64,000 nucleotides of DNA from an uncultured Nitrososphaerota archaeon. Lineage in GTDB: Archaea > Thermoproteota > Nitrososphaeria > Nitrososphaerales > Gagatemarchaeaceae. Made by a program: the position numbers and the translations under genes. Where the stretch lies: positions 1,216,001 to 1,280,000 of the forward strand of contig CAVRAG010000008.1 in the NCBI GenBank assembly GCA_963718895.1, written 5' to 3'. Of this stretch, positions 7,441 through 17,189 are shown piece by piece (position 1 is the stretch's first letter; each line of letters opens with the position of its first letter). Under the pieces are notes generated by a model that ran no database searches, was not told where the DNA came from, and worked only from the letters and a program-made list of their open reading frames with translations.

Positions 7441-7729
7441 GATTAATAGTTTTGTCCGAACGCCATCCCAACCCTGCGTTAAATCCCCCGCGGGCCATAA
7501 TACGCGACTGAGGATGCAGTCTCCCAAACAGGAACAAGAGCTCGTGAGCATGATCGACCTGAAGGACCTCGCTCGGACCATGCTCCCAGCCTCGAGCGTC
7601 CTTAGGGACCTGATACTGTCGGATCCAGACTACCTGCCGCGCGACTCGGCCGCAGTAAAGGCGCAGACCTACGCCCGCCTGCTCTACCTGGAGCTCAAGA
7701 GTTCACGGACCGACCACCGCACCGTGTGA
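7441..7729. repeat. Type B module copy 2 (21-bp core + spacer + small ORF)
   Basis: GATTAATAGTTTTGTCCGAACGCCATCCC..CTGCGTTAA...ACGCGACTGAGGATG; homologous to 3340-3600. Confidence 0.85.
7514..7729 (+). CDS. Small helical protein (71 aa), paralog of 3412-3600
   Basis: MQSPKQEQELVSMIDLKDLA...LRDLILSDPDYLP...LLYLELK. Confidence 0.7.
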   Translation: MQSPKQEQELVSMIDLKDLARTMLPASSVLRDLILSDPDYLPRDSAAVKAQTYARLLYLELKSSRTDHRTV

Positions 7730-8027
7730 TCCGCGCTTTCCCCGCTGGTCGGACAGCAGTGGATACAAGCTAAGTTCGTCGCCCGACCCGCCCGCGGGCA
7801 TCTGCGAATCCGCGACAGAGGAATCCTTATCACTCGGCGCGTTGAAATCCGACGCGGAGGTCAAGCAAGTGAGATACTCACCGAAATCTCCTCCTCTATC
7901 CCCACCTAAAATGGTAGGTAAATGTCCGGCCGCCCCCACCACCTTTGACTTGCAGAGCGGCCGCTGAAGCCCCTCACGATTATAGACTTAATGCTGGCGA
8001 GATTGGCGCCATTCGCGGGCCCACATC

Positions 8028-8228
8028 TTGGCAGAGTCAGAGACCGAATCCCTCGAGTCTCCGGAAGTGACGGGGACCGAAGAGGAGCTGTACGAGTGGT
8101 TCTGGGACAGAGTCCAGAACAAATGGGTCAAGATAACGGCTTCGAACAGCCAGGGAAGGCGCTGTGGTCGTTGCGGGTGTAGCTGTCCCTGCACGTGCCC
8201 TGACTGTCTGTATCAGTGCTGCTCATAG
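8028..8228 (+). CDS. Cys-rich microprotein (metal-binding candidate)
   Basis: Acidic N-terminus; C-terminal CGRCGCSCPCTCPDCLYQCCS; AT-rich promoter-like sequence at ~7979-7992. Confidence 0.5.
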   Translation: MAESETESLESPEVTGTEEELYEWFWDRVQNKWVKITASNSQGRRCGRCGCSCPCTCPDCLYQCCS

Positions 8229-8352
8229 AGGTTCGTTAGGCTCTCTTCGCCACGGGCCAACTTTCATGCGACCGTCGCGGCGGAACTCAACTCGGGGATG
8301 TCTCCCCGCTTTGCCATGATGGATTAATATCGGTCCAGACAGGTTTCCAGCT

Positions 8353-8829
8353 GTGCTGGACTTCGTTCCGATGTCGCAGGAAGGATACGAATCGTGGAGG
8401 GAGACTTCAATCACAGGGTACGCCGAAGAGAACATCGTATCCGGAAGGTGGACCTCACAAGAAGCCCAGTCGAGATCGGAGCAGGAGTTCGCCAAGCTCC
8501 TCCCCTACGGCCTATCGACGCCTGACAACTATGTCTACTCGCTCGTCGAGGCTCAGACTTCCGAGCCAGTTGGGATGATCTGGTTCGCCTTGGTCCGGGA
8601 GAAGGGAGAGAAGGGGCACGCCTTCCTCTACGACTTCCGCGTCTTCGAGGCATACCGCCGAAGAGGCTACGCCACACAGGCCCTGCTCCGCCTCGACGAG
8701 CGCGTCAGAGCGATGGGGATAAGCGCGATATCGTTGCACGTGTTCGCGCACAACACGGCCGCGAGGGACCTGTACGCGAAGCTCGGGTACAAGGAGACCA
8801 ACATCATCATGTCCAAGGAACTGAAGTGA
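8353..8829 (+). CDS. GNAT family N-acetyltransferase
   Basis: YRRRGYA motif A; N.AARDLYAKLGY motif B. Confidence 0.9.
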   Translation: MLDFVPMSQEGYESWRETSITGYAEENIVSGRWTSQEAQSRSEQEFAKLLPYGLSTPDNYVYSLVEAQTSEPVGMIWFALVREKGEKGHAFLYDFRVFEAYRRRGYATQALLRLDERVRAMGISAISLHVFAHNTAARDLYAKLGYKETNIIMSKELK

Positions 8830-8875
8830 CCGTGAGCGCTCCGAGGCCAGAGTTCACGTAGCTCTACTCGCGCAT

Positions 8876-9481
8876 CTACTTTTCCAGTGGGCTGGCATCG
8901 CTCACGAAGACGGGGAGAAATCCGAGGCAGACGAGGTCGTCTGCCGTGTACCATGGCCCCTCCCTCCATATCGCGGCCCTGCATGCCACCGACGCCCCGG
9001 CCTTGTTGGCCAGCTCCTCGAGAGCGCTCAGGGTCGCGCCGGTCGAGACGACATCATCTAGCAGGCAGACCCGCTTTCCGGAGAGCCACCGCATCTCCTC
9101 CGTGGTCAGAAGGAGCTCCTGCTCCGCCCTTGTGGTGATCGACTTGAGCTTCTGGGCCGCGTAGTCCCCCATGTACGACTTGATGCTCTTGCGTGCGACC
9201 ACGAAACGATCGCGGCCCAGCCTCTTGGACAGTTCGTATGCCAGCGCTATCGACTTTGCCTCGGCCGTCAAGACGGCGTCGATCTTGAGCGGCCGAATCT
9301 TCTTCGCGAGTTGTCCGGCCGCTACGGATAGGAAGCGGACGTCACCCAGGATCAGTGCGGCGTCCGACGCTATCCAGGTGTGTGGGTCTATCTGGACCAC
9401 CGGCAGCCTCCAGACGAGGTCGGAGAGCCTGACGACGAGCTCGGTCTGTCCTGTGTACTTCATCACGGGCGCCACTGGCAA
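8876..9481 (-). CDS. Adenine/purine phosphoribosyltransferase family protein
   Basis: PRPP-binding motif VCLLDDVVSTGAT; AEAKSI; ARKS. Confidence 0.9.
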   Translation of the reverse strand: MPVAPVMKYTGQTELVVRLSDLVWRLPVVQIDPHTWIASDAALILGDVRFLSVAAGQLAKKIRPLKIDAVLTAEAKSIALAYELSKRLGRDRFVVARKSIKSYMGDYAAQKLKSITTRAEQELLLTTEEMRWLSGKRVCLLDDVVSTGATLSALEELANKAGASVACRAAIWREGPWYTADDLVCLGFLPVFVSDASPLEK

Positions 9482-9529
9482 GACGCAGGGCCAGCTAACC
9501 CGCGATATATGTCCTCGACTCGAGACTGG

Positions 9530-11123
9530 CTACTCTGGTGGGATTTCCTTGTAAGCCAGCGTGACGTCGATTCCCTTGCCCGCGTAGTAGCGCTTGCACC
9601 CGAAGTAGAGGGCGAGGCCGGCTATGAACGAAGCGACGACGTAGCCATAGGCGTAGTAGTATCCGGCGATGCCGTTGATGACAGTCGACGTCCCCCAGAC
9701 CGCCGGGGAGGCGAGGAACTGGTAGGTGATGTATGAGAAGACAACGGCCATGAGAGCGCCACACAGGATGAGCAGGCTCTTGACCCGGCCCTGCTCGTTC
9801 CTGGCCCCGTGCAGTATGGCCGTTATGCCGATGAAGACGAAGTAGATCATCGCCGCGATCACGCCCGCGAACAGCGCCTGCAGCGTCCCATAGAATGCCG
9901 AGACGACCCCCACCAGCGACACGGTCAGGATCAGCACGATCGCCTGGGCGACGATTGGGGAGCCGGTCTGTGCGTTGACGTGGGCGACTTTGGCGGGCAG
10001 GAATCGGTCGAACCCCTGGGCGAGTAGGTATCTCGAGATCACAATCACGCCGTACGCGAGGATGCCGACGTTCCAGAGGATCCACGAGGCGCCTATGAAG
10101 GCCTTGAGCGCCATGCTGCCTGCTGACGCCCATCGCGAGCGTCCAGAAGTTGAACGAGTAGTTGAAGACGAGCGCTCCGTTGGATAGCGCGGCGTTGGTA
10201 AAGGCGAAGCCTCCGACGTAGTACATGGTGGCGAAGGCACCGGTCAGGAGCACGAGCACCAGCATCGAGGCCAGGGGCACGTTCCACTTCGCTGTCCCGG
10301 TGCCCTTGAGCTCCGAGCCGACCGCCGGCCCTGCGTTAATCCATGGATAGACGAATATCGCGAAGAACGGGAGGATCGAGATGGTAGCGCCGAGGTCAAA
10401 GGTCGACCCAGTGTACGAGCTGACCAGGGAGTTGTACGTGATCGGGTTGTTGCTGAAGTCCACCGCGCCTATGTTGTTTATGTAGCTCGCGACGCCGCTC
10501 TGGCCCGCAGACAGCAGGGTGGCAATCGCGGTGAGGATTCCGACCACGCCGAGCAGGATGGTCACCGTGACGATCTTGTATCCTATCTTCGGCCTTACCA
10601 TGTTGGCCAGGATGAGTATCGCGAAGATCGCCGCCCCGACTGCAAACTGCTCGGACGGCGCCGATCCCGGAATGGTTCCCGGGAGCGAGAGGCCGTGGAA
10701 ACTCGCGTTGCCCAACGCGACTCCCACCGAACCAATGGCGAAGACCATCGAGAGCACGATGAGGGCGAAGTAGACCTGGGTCTCGAGCACGTAGCCCATG
10801 AAAGACAGCGATCCGCCGAGAGCGCCGCCCAGTTGGCGTGTGATCCAGACATAGTCGCCTCCGGTCCTCTTTATTCGGCTCCCCATGAGAGAGTAGACAA
10901 CTATCTGCGGGACCGAGAGGATGAACGCTATGATGGAGGCGTAGACGAGGTTCACGCCTGCAACGGAGGTAAGCGAGGCCATGGTGAACCCGATCGTGGC
11001 GAGCGCAGCGCCCGCCGACATGTTCCCCATGTTCAGGGTCAGGGCGTCGAGCAGGGAAACGTTCTTCACGAGCCCCGTGCTCTCTCTAACAAAGACCGCA
11101 GGCTTCACCTTGTCGGCCATCAA
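9530..11123 (-). CDS. APC-family amino acid permease (frameshift near 10130)
   Basis: FVRESTGLVK, RTGGDYVW, C-terminal YKEIPPE in a second frame. Confidence 0.85.
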
Positions 11124-11292
11124 GAATGTCGCAAAAAGAATAGTGTATTTAATTGTGATTTCGCACGTAGTCGTTAAAACGGTCGCAATTTGCTAACGCG
11201 GAGTTTTGGACCGGTGGCAACAGTCCATTGACCCGACGAGTCTCATCGCGAAACAGTCGGGATAATAAACAGGGCCGCGACCGCGCAACGTC

Positions 11293-11919
11293 TTGGCCCG
11301 GCTGGATCGTTCATTCTACTCGAGATACACGCCAGACGTCGCCAGAGAACTCCTCGGGTCCGTCCTCGTCAGAGTGATTGACGGCATGGTCCTACGGTCG
11401 AGAGTCGTCGAGGTCGAAGCATACCGAGGCGCCGACGACCCCGCGAGCCATGCGTACAGGGGTCTGACCAAGAGGACCGCGGTCATGTTCGGGGAGCCCG
11501 GGCACGCCTACGTCTACTTCACCTACGGGTTCCACTACTGCCTCAACCTTACCACGGAGACAGAGGGCGAGCCCGGAGCGGTGCTGATCCGGGCGGTCGA
11601 GCCGCTGGAAGGTGTCGAGGAGATGAAGAGGAGGCGAGGCGTCGAGGAGATCACGAACCTCACCAACGGACCCGGCAAGCTCACAAAGGCAATGGGCATA
11701 GACCTCCGCCTGAACGGTGAGGACCTAGTCGAATCGGAGGAGCTCTTCCTGCTCTCCGGTCGCCGGAACGGTAAGGTCGCGGTCTCGACCCGCATAGGAG
11801 TCAGCTCGGGCCGTGAGAGGCTGTGGAGATACTACGTGGAAGACAATCCTTTCGTCTCGGGCGGGAGAATGCATAACTACCACACGCGCGAATCGGCGAG
11901 GAGAGGGGTCGTCGGCTGA
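11293..11919 (+). CDS. mpg: DNA-3-methyladenine glycosylase (MPG/AAG family)
   Basis: VEVEAY, DPASHA, YVYFTYG, AVLIRAVEP, GPGKL, RIG. Confidence 0.95.
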   Translation: MARLDRSFYSRYTPDVARELLGSVLVRVIDGMVLRSRVVEVEAYRGADDPASHAYRGLTKRTAVMFGEPGHAYVYFTYGFHYCLNLTTETEGEPGAVLIRAVEPLEGVEEMKRRRGVEEITNLTNGPGKLTKAMGIDLRLNGEDLVESEELFLLSGRRNGKVAVSTRIGVSSGRERLWRYYVEDNPFVSGGRMHNYHTRESARRGVVG

Positions 11920-12052
11920 GATCGTTCGGGACAACCTGACGTTCCAACGAGACCAGTCTGGTCAAGGCTTCAAGCCTTGGGTGATCCGTCAGACCTTCTC
12001 TCTGACGGACAAAGATCGCTTGAGAGCGCCGGTTCAAATCCGGCCGACCCCA
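11905..12052 (+). tRNA. tRNA-Pro(TGG) with two introns (D-arm ~11918-11954; anticodon loop ~11982-12016)
   Basis: Acceptor GGGGTCG/CGACCCC, anticodon stem CAAGC/GCTTG with CT-TGG-G, T-arm GCCGG-TTCAAAT-CCGGC; both inserts form hairpins. Confidence 0.85.
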
Positions 12053-12113
12053 TCATTGTCGCGAAAAGTGGTAGTCTTATTAGTTCATTGCGGCCCGAGG
12101 TGAATGACGAGCA

Positions 12114-12467
12114 TTGAAGATCGGCTCTGTCGTGATAGACTGCGTTGATTTTGAAAGGATGTTGGCGTTCTGGCAGGAGGCGCTCCGCTACGTCCCCAGG
12201 TCGCCGGCCAAGGACGGGTGGGTGATTCTCCGAGACCCCGAAGGAAGAAACGTCAGCGTGTCCCTGAATCAGGATCCTGAGAGAGCCCAGGGCAGGAACT
12301 GGCTGCACTTCGACCTCTATGCCGAGGACCAAGAGGGCGAGGTGGAGAGGCTGCTCAGACTGGGAGCGAGGCGCCATCCCCAGTCCTATAGGGGGGATGA
12401 AGACTTCCTCGTTCTCGAGGATCCCGACGGGAACCTGTTCTGCGTGGTCGACACCAGCGGACGATGA
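12114..12467 (+). CDS. VOC/glyoxalase family protein
   Basis: VVIDC, FWQEAL, LHFDL, LEDPDGNLFCVV. Confidence 0.9.
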   Translation: MKIGSVVIDCVDFERMLAFWQEALRYVPRSPAKDGWVILRDPEGRNVSVSLNQDPERAQGRNWLHFDLYAEDQEGEVERLLRLGARRHPQSYRGDEDFLVLEDPDGNLFCVVDTSGR

Positions 12468-12499
12468 AGCCGGAAGAATCCCGTGCGACCTCCGACCCG

Positions 12500-13996
12500 T
12501 CACTTCGCCTCTGGTGTGGGTGCCATCGTGCTGGTGTCCTCCTCCTCGTCCTCAGGGTAGGCTACCTCCCCGTGTATCGCGAAGTCTCCGACCTTGAGCA
12601 CCGATTCGGTCTCCCGAAGCGGGATCATCTTCCCTACCACCTTGAAGATGGTGAACGTGACACAGAAGCTGTAGACAATTGTCACCCCGGCCGCGAAGAC
12701 CTGGATCTCCAACTGGTAGAAGTTCCCGAAGATTGCCCCGGTGAGGCCAGGGTAGACATACTGGCTCACGTTGGGATCGGCGAGGACTCCGGTCAGGAGT
12801 CCTCCCGTCAGGCCCGCGACTCCGTGACCCGGGAAGACGCCCAGCGGATCGTCGACCTTTAGACGAGGCATCAGCTTGTACATCGCCAGCCAGGGGATGA
12901 TGCCCGAGCAGATCCCAATTATGATGGCACCCCAGCCGCTCACGTAGCCCGCCGCTGGAGTGATAGCCACCAGGCCGGTGATCGCTCCCGTCATGGCTCC
13001 GGTGAGGCTCGGCCTGCCGAACCCCTTCATGTCCATGCACATCCAGACGATGGCGCTCACAGCGGTGGCAAGGTCGGTGTTCAGGACGGCTATGGAGGCG
13101 TCGATCGAGCTGCCGTAGGGGTCGCCCCCGTTGAAGCCGTTCCACCCGAGCCAGACCAGGCCGCAGCCTATGAGGACGAACATGAGGTTGTTCGGCCTCA
13201 CACCCCTCTTGCCTAGCGCCCTCGGGCCGATGGCGAGAGCCGCGGCCAGACCTGCTATCCCCGCATCGAGGTGGATGACGAACCCTCCGGAGAAGTCGAC
13301 GGCGCCCATCTGGTTCAGCCAGCCACCCGCGAACATCCAGTAGGCAAGCGGGCTGTAGACCAGGAGGGACCAGACCGGTACGATTACGAGCCACGCCTTG
13401 AAGCTCATCCTCTCGATGATGGCTCCGATGAAGAGGATTGGCGTGATAGCCGCGAAGACGAACTGGAACCAGACGACCGTAGACGTCGGGAGATTGAGAG
13501 CCAGCTGCATCGGACCGACCAGCGCCTGCGAACCCTCGGTGAGCCCCGGAGCGACCGACGAGAGAGTGCCCAAGATCCCGTACTTGCCGATCGTGATCGA
13601 GGCCGCCCCGAAACCGAGGTTGTATCCGGCAAGAATCCAGACTACAAGCACGGCCGCGAAGGCGTAGAAGGTCATCATGGCTGTGTTGAGCGCGAACTTC
13701 TTCCTCGACAGGCCTCCGTAGTACAGTGCCAGCCCGGGGACGCTCATGAGGCCCACCAGCGTCGCCGCCGTGAGCATCCAGGCGTTGCTCCCTGTGTCAA
13801 GCCAGTTTGGCACCGCGGGGGCCGGGAAGCTGTTGAGGTTCGACGGAGGCGTAGTGGGCTGGGCCCCCGCCGCGTGCACCCCGAGTACGGTCAGCGCCAT
13901 CGCGAAGACTGCGAGGAGGGCGACGGCGCGCCAATCTCCAAGAGTTCCAAGAATCTTGCGGGTCGTGCTCTCTCGTAGAGAGGGCGAACTGTTCAA
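12500..13996 (-). CDS. amt: Ammonium transporter
   Basis: [49 protein letters not shown]. Confidence 0.95.
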   Translation of the reverse strand: MNSSPSLRESTTRKILGTLGDWRAVALLAVFAMALTVLGVHAAGAQPTTPPSNLNSFPAPAVPNWLDTGSNAWMLTAATLVGLMSVPGLALYYGGLSRKKFALNTAMMTFYAFAAVLVVWILAGYNLGFGAASITIGKYGILGTLSSVAPGLTEGSQALVGPMQLALNLPTSTVVWFQFVFAAITPILFIGAIIERMSFKAWLVIVPVWSLLVYSPLAYWMFAGGWLNQMGAVDFSGGFVIHLDAGIAGLAAALAIGPRALGKRGVRPNNLMFVLIGCGLVWLGWNGFNGGDPYGSSIDASIAVLNTDLATAVSAIVWMCMDMKGFGRPSLTGAMTGAITGLVAITPAAGYVSGWGAIIIGICSGIIPWLAMYKLMPRLKVDDPLGVFPGHGVAGLTGGLLTGVLADPNVSQYVYPGLTGAIFGNFYQLEIQVFAAGVTIVYSFCVTFTIFKVVGKMIPLRETESVLKVGDFAIHGEVAYPEDEEEDTSTMAPTPEAK

Positions 13997-14175
13997 TTCG
14001 GTCGGCCTAAACTGGCAGTATATTTAACCATTGCATCGCCATCTTTACAATTGATAACAAAACAGTATTGTTGTTGCACGTATGTGCAGTCGTGTTAAAT
14101 ATCATTGTACATCGTCAAACATACTAGAGAAGGAAGAAGAATGCAGATGGCAGCGCGGTCGTCTTCCTTCCAAGA

Positions 14176-14784
14176 GTGGGTGTGCAATCGCGCGTTGTGC
14201 GTGTTCGACGTACACGGGGCTATATACCAAGGTTGGCTCTTACTCTGTTGGATTCCACGAGGGTCTGTAAGAAATGCGGCAGGGAGCTGTCGGTTTCGTG
14301 CTTCTACCAGTCGCCTAGGTCAGGAACAAGATACAGTTGCAAAGAATGTTTTCTAAGGATGGGCGCAAACTATAGGAAATCACATAGAGAAAGTAAGAAG
14401 CGATGCTACAGAGATTACTCGATCAAGAATCCCGGAGGGCGATGGGCCATCGCCTGCCTCGCTGGGCACAGAAGGAGAGGGTTCACGACGGAGATTATAA
14501 CAAGGGAACTCTACCAGATGGCTTCGGCGACGGAGATGTGTTACATATGTGACATGCAATTGAACTGGGAGCTAGGAAACAAAGGTAAGATAAAGAGCAA
14601 CAGCCCCACATTGGATAGACTTGACAATGAGAAGGTGATAAGGAAGGACAACGTCGTGATTCTCTGTTACCGATGCAACGCAACCAAATGCGACAGAAGT
14701 ATGGGCGAGTTCCTATTGTATTGCTATTCAGTGGTCGCTAAACTTCACTCACACTTCGAATATCCACAGCTTGTGCATTTATAG
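14176..14784 (+). CDS. Free-standing HNH-like endonuclease with N-terminal Zn finger (start uncertain)
   Basis: CKKC...CKEC, CYIC, SPTLDRLDNEK....DNVVILCYRCNATK; lower GC than flanks. Confidence 0.75.
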   Translation: MGVQSRVVRVRRTRGYIPRLALTLLDSTRVCKKCGRELSVSCFYQSPRSGTRYSCKECFLRMGANYRKSHRESKKRCYRDYSIKNPGGRWAIACLAGHRRRGFTTEIITRELYQMASATEMCYICDMQLNWELGNKGKIKSNSPTLDRLDNEKVIRKDNVVILCYRCNATKCDRSMGEFLLYCYSVVAKLHSHFEYPQLVHL

Positions 14785-17021
14785 CACCCTCCTTCGAAGA
14801 TTATCGCGTTCTCGCCGCAGTCCGGGCACGTACCCCCTTGCACGAGTGGGGAGCTTGCCTCTTTGGTCACGCGCCCCGCCACCAGAACCTCCAGCGCCTT
14901 GGCGGTCGCGTCGGGGATTGACAGCAGCTGTACGCCCTCATCCCAGGAGACGTACTTGCCTCTGATGCCCTTCATCATCCTTATGACATTCTGTATGTCT
15001 CCTCCGTGCTGCAGGTAGAGGCTGATGAGACGTCCTATCGCCTCGGCGTCAGCCTTCTCGTCCCCGCCGAGCTTGCCAAGGGTTACGAAGACCTCCTTGA
15101 GCGCGCCCGCCTCGTCGGTGTTCGCGGTCACGTACAGGCTGCCCTGGGGGAGCTTGAGCTTCAGCGTCCTGCCGATCAGCACCTTCGGCCTCTCGAACTC
15201 GGACATGGTCTTCTGTTCCGTCTTCTTGTCGACGTTCTTGGTCTCGAGGATCCCCTCCCTGCTCCCCTCGCGATAGATCGTTATGCCCTTGCAGCCGAGC
15301 TTCCACGCGAGGAAGTAGATCTTCTCGACCTCTTCAGTGGAGATGTCCTGGGGCAGGTTGACAGTGCTGGAAATCGCAGTGTCGATGTGCTTCTGGATCG
15401 CGGCCTGCATCCTGACCCTCATCTCCGGTCTTATCTGGTGGGACGTGACGAAGTAGGACGGCAGCTGCCTCTCGTCGGTGATCCGGTGCACCTGCATGTA
15501 GTCCTTGACGAGCGGATGGAAGACCTTGAACTCACCCTCGCTCAGCGATTTGCTCCTCCGGGTGTAGGAGAGGGCGAAGACCGGCTCGACGCCGCTCGAG
15601 CACGCCGCGAGTATCGAGCCTGAGCCGACTGGCGGCACGGTCGTCACCGCCGAGTTCCTGATGCCCTGGGTCTTGATCTTCTCCTTCACCTTCTGGTCGA
15701 GCCTCTGGATGAACGGCTGTGCGAGGTGTTTCTCAGCGTCGAAGGCCGGGGCCGGCCCCTTCTCCGCGGCCAGGTCGGTCGAGTAGTCGTAGATTACGTT
15801 CTTGATGCGCTCGAAGAGCTTGTCGACGAACTCCACCGTCGCCTCGTCGTCATATTTCAGGCCGAGCTTGATCAGCATGTCGCCCAGACCTGTTATCCCA
15901 ACCCCAATCCTCCTGCTCCAGAGAGACGCCTGCCGCTGCTGCGGGAGGGGGTGTCTGTCGGCGTTGTAGTCCAGCACATTGTCCAGGAACCTCGTCGCGT
16001 AGTGAGAGGCCTGCACCAGCCCGTCCCAGTCGATGCTGGCTCGTTCGGTGAACGCGTCCTTCACGAAGTAGGACAGGTTCACAGACCCAAGGCAGCAGCA
16101 GCCATAGTTCTCGAGCGTCTGCTCGCTACAGGGGTTCACCCCCTGCACTTCCATGTTGTTGTACTCGGTCGTGGAGTCCCTCTTTATCGTGTCCCAGAAG
16201 AGCAGACCCGGCTCGTCACTCTGCCACGCCGCCTTCACCAGCTGGCTCCAGATCGTCCTCGCCTTCACGGTCTTGTGGAAGTCGACTCGTTCGTTCTTGA
16301 AGCGAAGCTCGAAGTCGGTGTCTCCCTCCACGGCCTTCATGAATTCGTCCGTCATCTTGACTGAGACGTTCGCGTAGTTGACCTTCTTGAGGTCCTTCTT
16401 GACGTTGATGAAGTCGAGTACGTCAGGGTGATCGACCCTTATGGAGATCATCAGGGCACCCCTCCTCCCGGCCTGCCCAATCGTGCCTGTGGTCGTGGAG
16501 AGCAGCTCCATGAAGGAGACTGATCCGGTGCTGTATATCGCGGAGTTGTTCACCGGTGAGCCGCGCGGCCTGAGGATGGATATGTCGGTGCCGACCCCCC
16601 CTCCGAAGCTGTACGTCCGCGCAGCTTCCTTGCACCAGTCGAAGATCGCCTCTATCGAATCCTCCTTAATCTTGAAGAAGTAACAGTTCAGAAGAGTAGC
16701 CCTCCTCGGCTGCCCTGCGCCGAAGAGAATCCTTCCTCCGGGTACAAACTTGAAGTCCTCCAGGAGCCAGTAGAACTTCTCGGTCCACTCCTTCCTCTTC
16801 TCCGGCTCTTCGACCGAGGCCAGCTCGCGCGCCACCCTTAGCCAGAGCTGGTCAGGGGTCTTCTCCACCTGTTTTCCGCCCGCGTCTCTGAGCGCATACT
16901 TCTCGTAGAACACCCTCGACCTTAGCTCGTCTCCGCCGAAGACGTCCAGGGTCTCCTGAGGTAGAGTGATTTCCTCCTTCTGTCCCTTCTCCGAGTCTTC
17001 CGGTTTTTCTATTGCAGTCAT
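14745..17021 (-). CDS. nrdJ: Class II (adenosylcobalamin-dependent) ribonucleotide reductase
   Basis: PGGRIL, LLNC, GGGVG, NPCSEQ, CCLGSVNL, ISSTVNLP, KGITIYREGSR; C-terminal TSCPD-like domain and Zn ribbon. Confidence 0.95.
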   Translation of the reverse strand: MTAIEKPEDSEKGQKEEITLPQETLDVFGGDELRSRVFYEKYALRDAGGKQVEKTPDQLWLRVARELASVEEPEKRKEWTEKFYWLLEDFKFVPGGRILFGAGQPRRATLLNCYFFKIKEDSIEAIFDWCKEAARTYSFGGGVGTDISILRPRGSPVNNSAIYSTGSVSFMELLSTTTGTIGQAGRRGALMISIRVDHPDVLDFINVKKDLKKVNYANVSVKMTDEFMKAVEGDTDFELRFKNERVDFHKTVKARTIWSQLVKAAWQSDEPGLLFWDTIKRDSTTEYNNMEVQGVNPCSEQTLENYGCCCLGSVNLSYFVKDAFTERASIDWDGLVQASHYATRFLDNVLDYNADRHPLPQQRQASLWSRRIGVGITGLGDMLIKLGLKYDDEATVEFVDKLFERIKNVIYDYSTDLAAEKGPAPAFDAEKHLAQPFIQRLDQKVKEKIKTQGIRNSAVTTVPPVGSGSILAACSSGVEPVFALSYTRRSKSLSEGEFKVFHPLVKDYMQVHRITDERQLPSYFVTSHQIRPEMRVRMQAAIQKHIDTAISSTVNLPQDISTEEVEKIYFLAWKLGCKGITIYREGSREGILETKNVDKKTEQKTMSEFERPKVLIGRTLKLKLPQGSLYVTANTDEAGALKEVFVTLGKLGGDEKADAEAIGRLISLYLQHGGDIQNVIRMMKGIRGKYVSWDEGVQLLSIPDATAKALEVLVAGRVTKEASSPLVQGGTCPDCGENAIIFEGGCYKCTSCGYSKCE

Positions 17022-17189
17022 TATGTACCACTTATTGCGAATTGCGCACTTTCACCCATTGCAGGTATATATCTCTACGACGCGAGATTGAAGTTGACCT
17101 GCGACGTTCTCTGCATGCTGAATCGGGAGTCAGTGAGACGCTCTTGGGTGAATTAATATTGACTTGTAGTCAATCGAATTTGTCATAAT

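Noticed and set aside
125-7461. Repeats as a CRISPR array
   Set aside because: Spacing is hundreds to thousands of bp with whole genes between copies, and no cas genes are present
8322-8340. GATTAATATCGGTCCAGAC as another core copy
   Set aside because: Weak match; better explained as the TATA box of the + strand GNAT gene
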